In this document: positions 21,604-24,000 of the stretch, piece after piece
Numbering within the stretch: the stretch's first letter is position 1
Layout of the letters: every line of letters starts with the position of its first letter
Source: Escherichia coli
Lineage (GTDB): Bacteria; Pseudomonadota; Gammaproteobacteria; Enterobacterales; Enterobacteriaceae
DNA: 24,000 nucleotides
Direction: 5' to 3' (one strand)
NCBI RefSeq assembly: GCF_029855145.1
Contig: NZ_CP123231.1
Translations under genes and position numbers: made by a program
The notes under the pieces: model-generated
What the model was told of the DNA's origin: nothing
Seen by the model: only the letters and a program-made list of their open reading frames with translations
Databases searched by the model: none

Positions 21604-21870
21604 ATGGCATCCGGTTGGGCTAATGATGACGCCGTCAACGAACAGATCAACAGTACAATTGAAGATGCGATTGCCCGCGCTCGGGGTGAAATTCCGCGTG
21701 GCGAAAGCCTGTATGAATGTGAAGAGTGCGGTGCCCCTATCCCGCAGGCCCGTCGGGAAGCCATTCCTGGCGTGCGCTTATGCATTCATTGCCAACAGGA
21801 TAAAGATTTACAAAAACCAGCTTATACAGGATATAATCGCAGAGGTTCGAAAGACAGCCAGTTACGTTAA
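21604..21870 (+). CDS. ybiI: DksA/TraR-type zinc-finger protein YbiI, 88 aa
   Basis: C4 zinc finger CEECGAPIPQARREAIPGVRLCIHC. SD GGGGAGGAC before the ATG. Confidence 0.94.
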   Translation: MASGWANDDAVNEQINSTIEDAIARARGEIPRGESLYECEECGAPIPQARREAIPGVRLCIHCQQDKDLQKPAYTGYNRRGSKDSQLR

Positions 21871-22069
21871 CTGCAACTGACGGGATGTTTAGTGAGTGTA
21901 ATTTGTATTTTGCGTGGCATTCCGTGCCTTTAACGCTGCCGTGAGCACCACGCGGTACAAAACGGATTCATAAATACAACAAATAAATGGTTTATCAGTA
22001 TGTTAGATATCAATCAATTTATTTGAACAAGGCGGTCAATTCTCTTCGATTTTATCTCTCGTAAAAAAA

Positions 22070-22085
22070 CGTGATACTCATCACA
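22070..22085 (+). promoter_or_regulatory. CRP-like site upstream of ybiJ
   Basis: CGTGA-TACTCA-TCACA, one mismatch from TGTGA-N6-TCACA, about 20 nt upstream of TATACA (22105-22110). Confidence 0.4.
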
Positions 22086-22134
22086 TCGACGAAACAACGT
22101 CACTTATACAAAAATCACCTGCGAGAGATTAATT

Positions 22135-22395
22135 ATGAAAACTATCAATATTGTTGTTGCTGCTATGGCTCTTTCAACTCTGTCATTTGGCGTGTTCGCG
22201 GCGGAACCGGTAACGGCATCCCAGGCACAGAACATGAATAAAATCGGCGTGGTTTCTGCCGATGGCGCATCCACCCTCGATGCCCTGGAAGCGAAACTGG
22301 CTGAGAAAGCCGCGGCGGCCGGTGCCAGTGGATACAGCATTACTTCCGCCACCAACAACAATAAATTAAGCGGTACTGCGGTAATTTATAAGTAA
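22135..22395 (+). CDS. ybiJ: YhcN/BhsA-family (DUF1471) periplasmic protein YbiJ, 86 aa
   Basis: Signal peptide MKTINIVVAAMALSTLSFGVFA plus the core GVVSADGASTLDALEAKLAEKAAAAGASGYSITSATNNNKLSGTAVIYK. Confidence 0.94.
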   Translation: MKTINIVVAAMALSTLSFGVFAAEPVTASQAQNMNKIGVVSADGASTLDALEAKLAEKAAAAGASGYSITSATNNNKLSGTAVIYK

Positions 22396-22398
22396 TTC

Positions 22399-22474
22399 GT
22401 AGGACAGATAAGGCGTTTACGCCGCATCCGGCAACAGATGCCTGATGCGACGCTACCGCGTCTTATCAGACCTA
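22399..22474. repeat. BIME, two REP/PU units in opposite orientation, 3' of ybiJ
   Basis: GTAGGACAGATAAGGCGTTTACGCCGCATCCGGC and GCCTGATGCGACGCTACCGCGTCTTATCAGACCTAC. Confidence 0.9.
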
Positions 22475-22595
22475 CAAAATCCGAACCGTTGGCTGGATCA
22501 GGCGTTTACGCTACGTTCAGCACAAGTATTTCCCTGTCTGTTTGCCGACAGACGCATATGCTCTAACCCTCATTGATCCTATGTTACCCTTGTTC

Positions 22596-22623
22596 GCCCG
22601 TCCGCCACTGGACGGGCTTTTTT

Positions 22624-22625
<2 letters not shown>
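22596..22625 (+). terminator. strong intrinsic terminator in plus orientation, overlapping the ybiC 3' end
   Basis: GCCCGTCC-GCCACT-GGACGGGC-TTTTTTTT. Confidence 0.85.

Positions 22626-24000
<1,375 letters not shown>

Overview
This 24 kb window is an ordinary Escherichia coli core-chromosome segment. By gene content, protein lengths and order it is the ybiC-to-ybiW region near 18-19 min on the K-12 map, in reverse orientation. From left to right: ybiW/pflF (3' part), ybiV, ybiT(-), ldtB/ybiS, ybiR(-), mntR(-), mntS, opgE/ybiP, ompX(-), rhtA, dps, glnH-glnP-glnQ, ybiO, rlmF(-), mcbA, fiu, ybiX, ybiI, ybiJ, ybiC/hcxB(-), ybiB(-, 3' end only). I recognise no prophage, IS element, CRISPR array, toxin-antitoxin or defence module, and I see no convincing undescribed multi-gene system. 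The items most worth a second look are: (1) ybiU, expected between ybiV and ybiT in K-12, appears absent, with two degenerate REP units at the junction; (2) the 42-aa mntS ORF is missing from the supplied ORF track and lies behind two nested palindromes resembling MntR boxes; (3) a very similar palindrome core overlaps the dps -10 region; (4) ybiR overlaps mntR by ATGA; (5) an orphan intrinsic terminator lies in the ybiJ/ybiC gap; (6) a terminator-like hairpin abuts the ybiX ribosome-binding site; (7) the glnH region carries a sigma-54 promoter with an off-consensus -12 element and twin NtrC boxes. All identifications come from remembered protein families and K-12 gene order. No database search was run.
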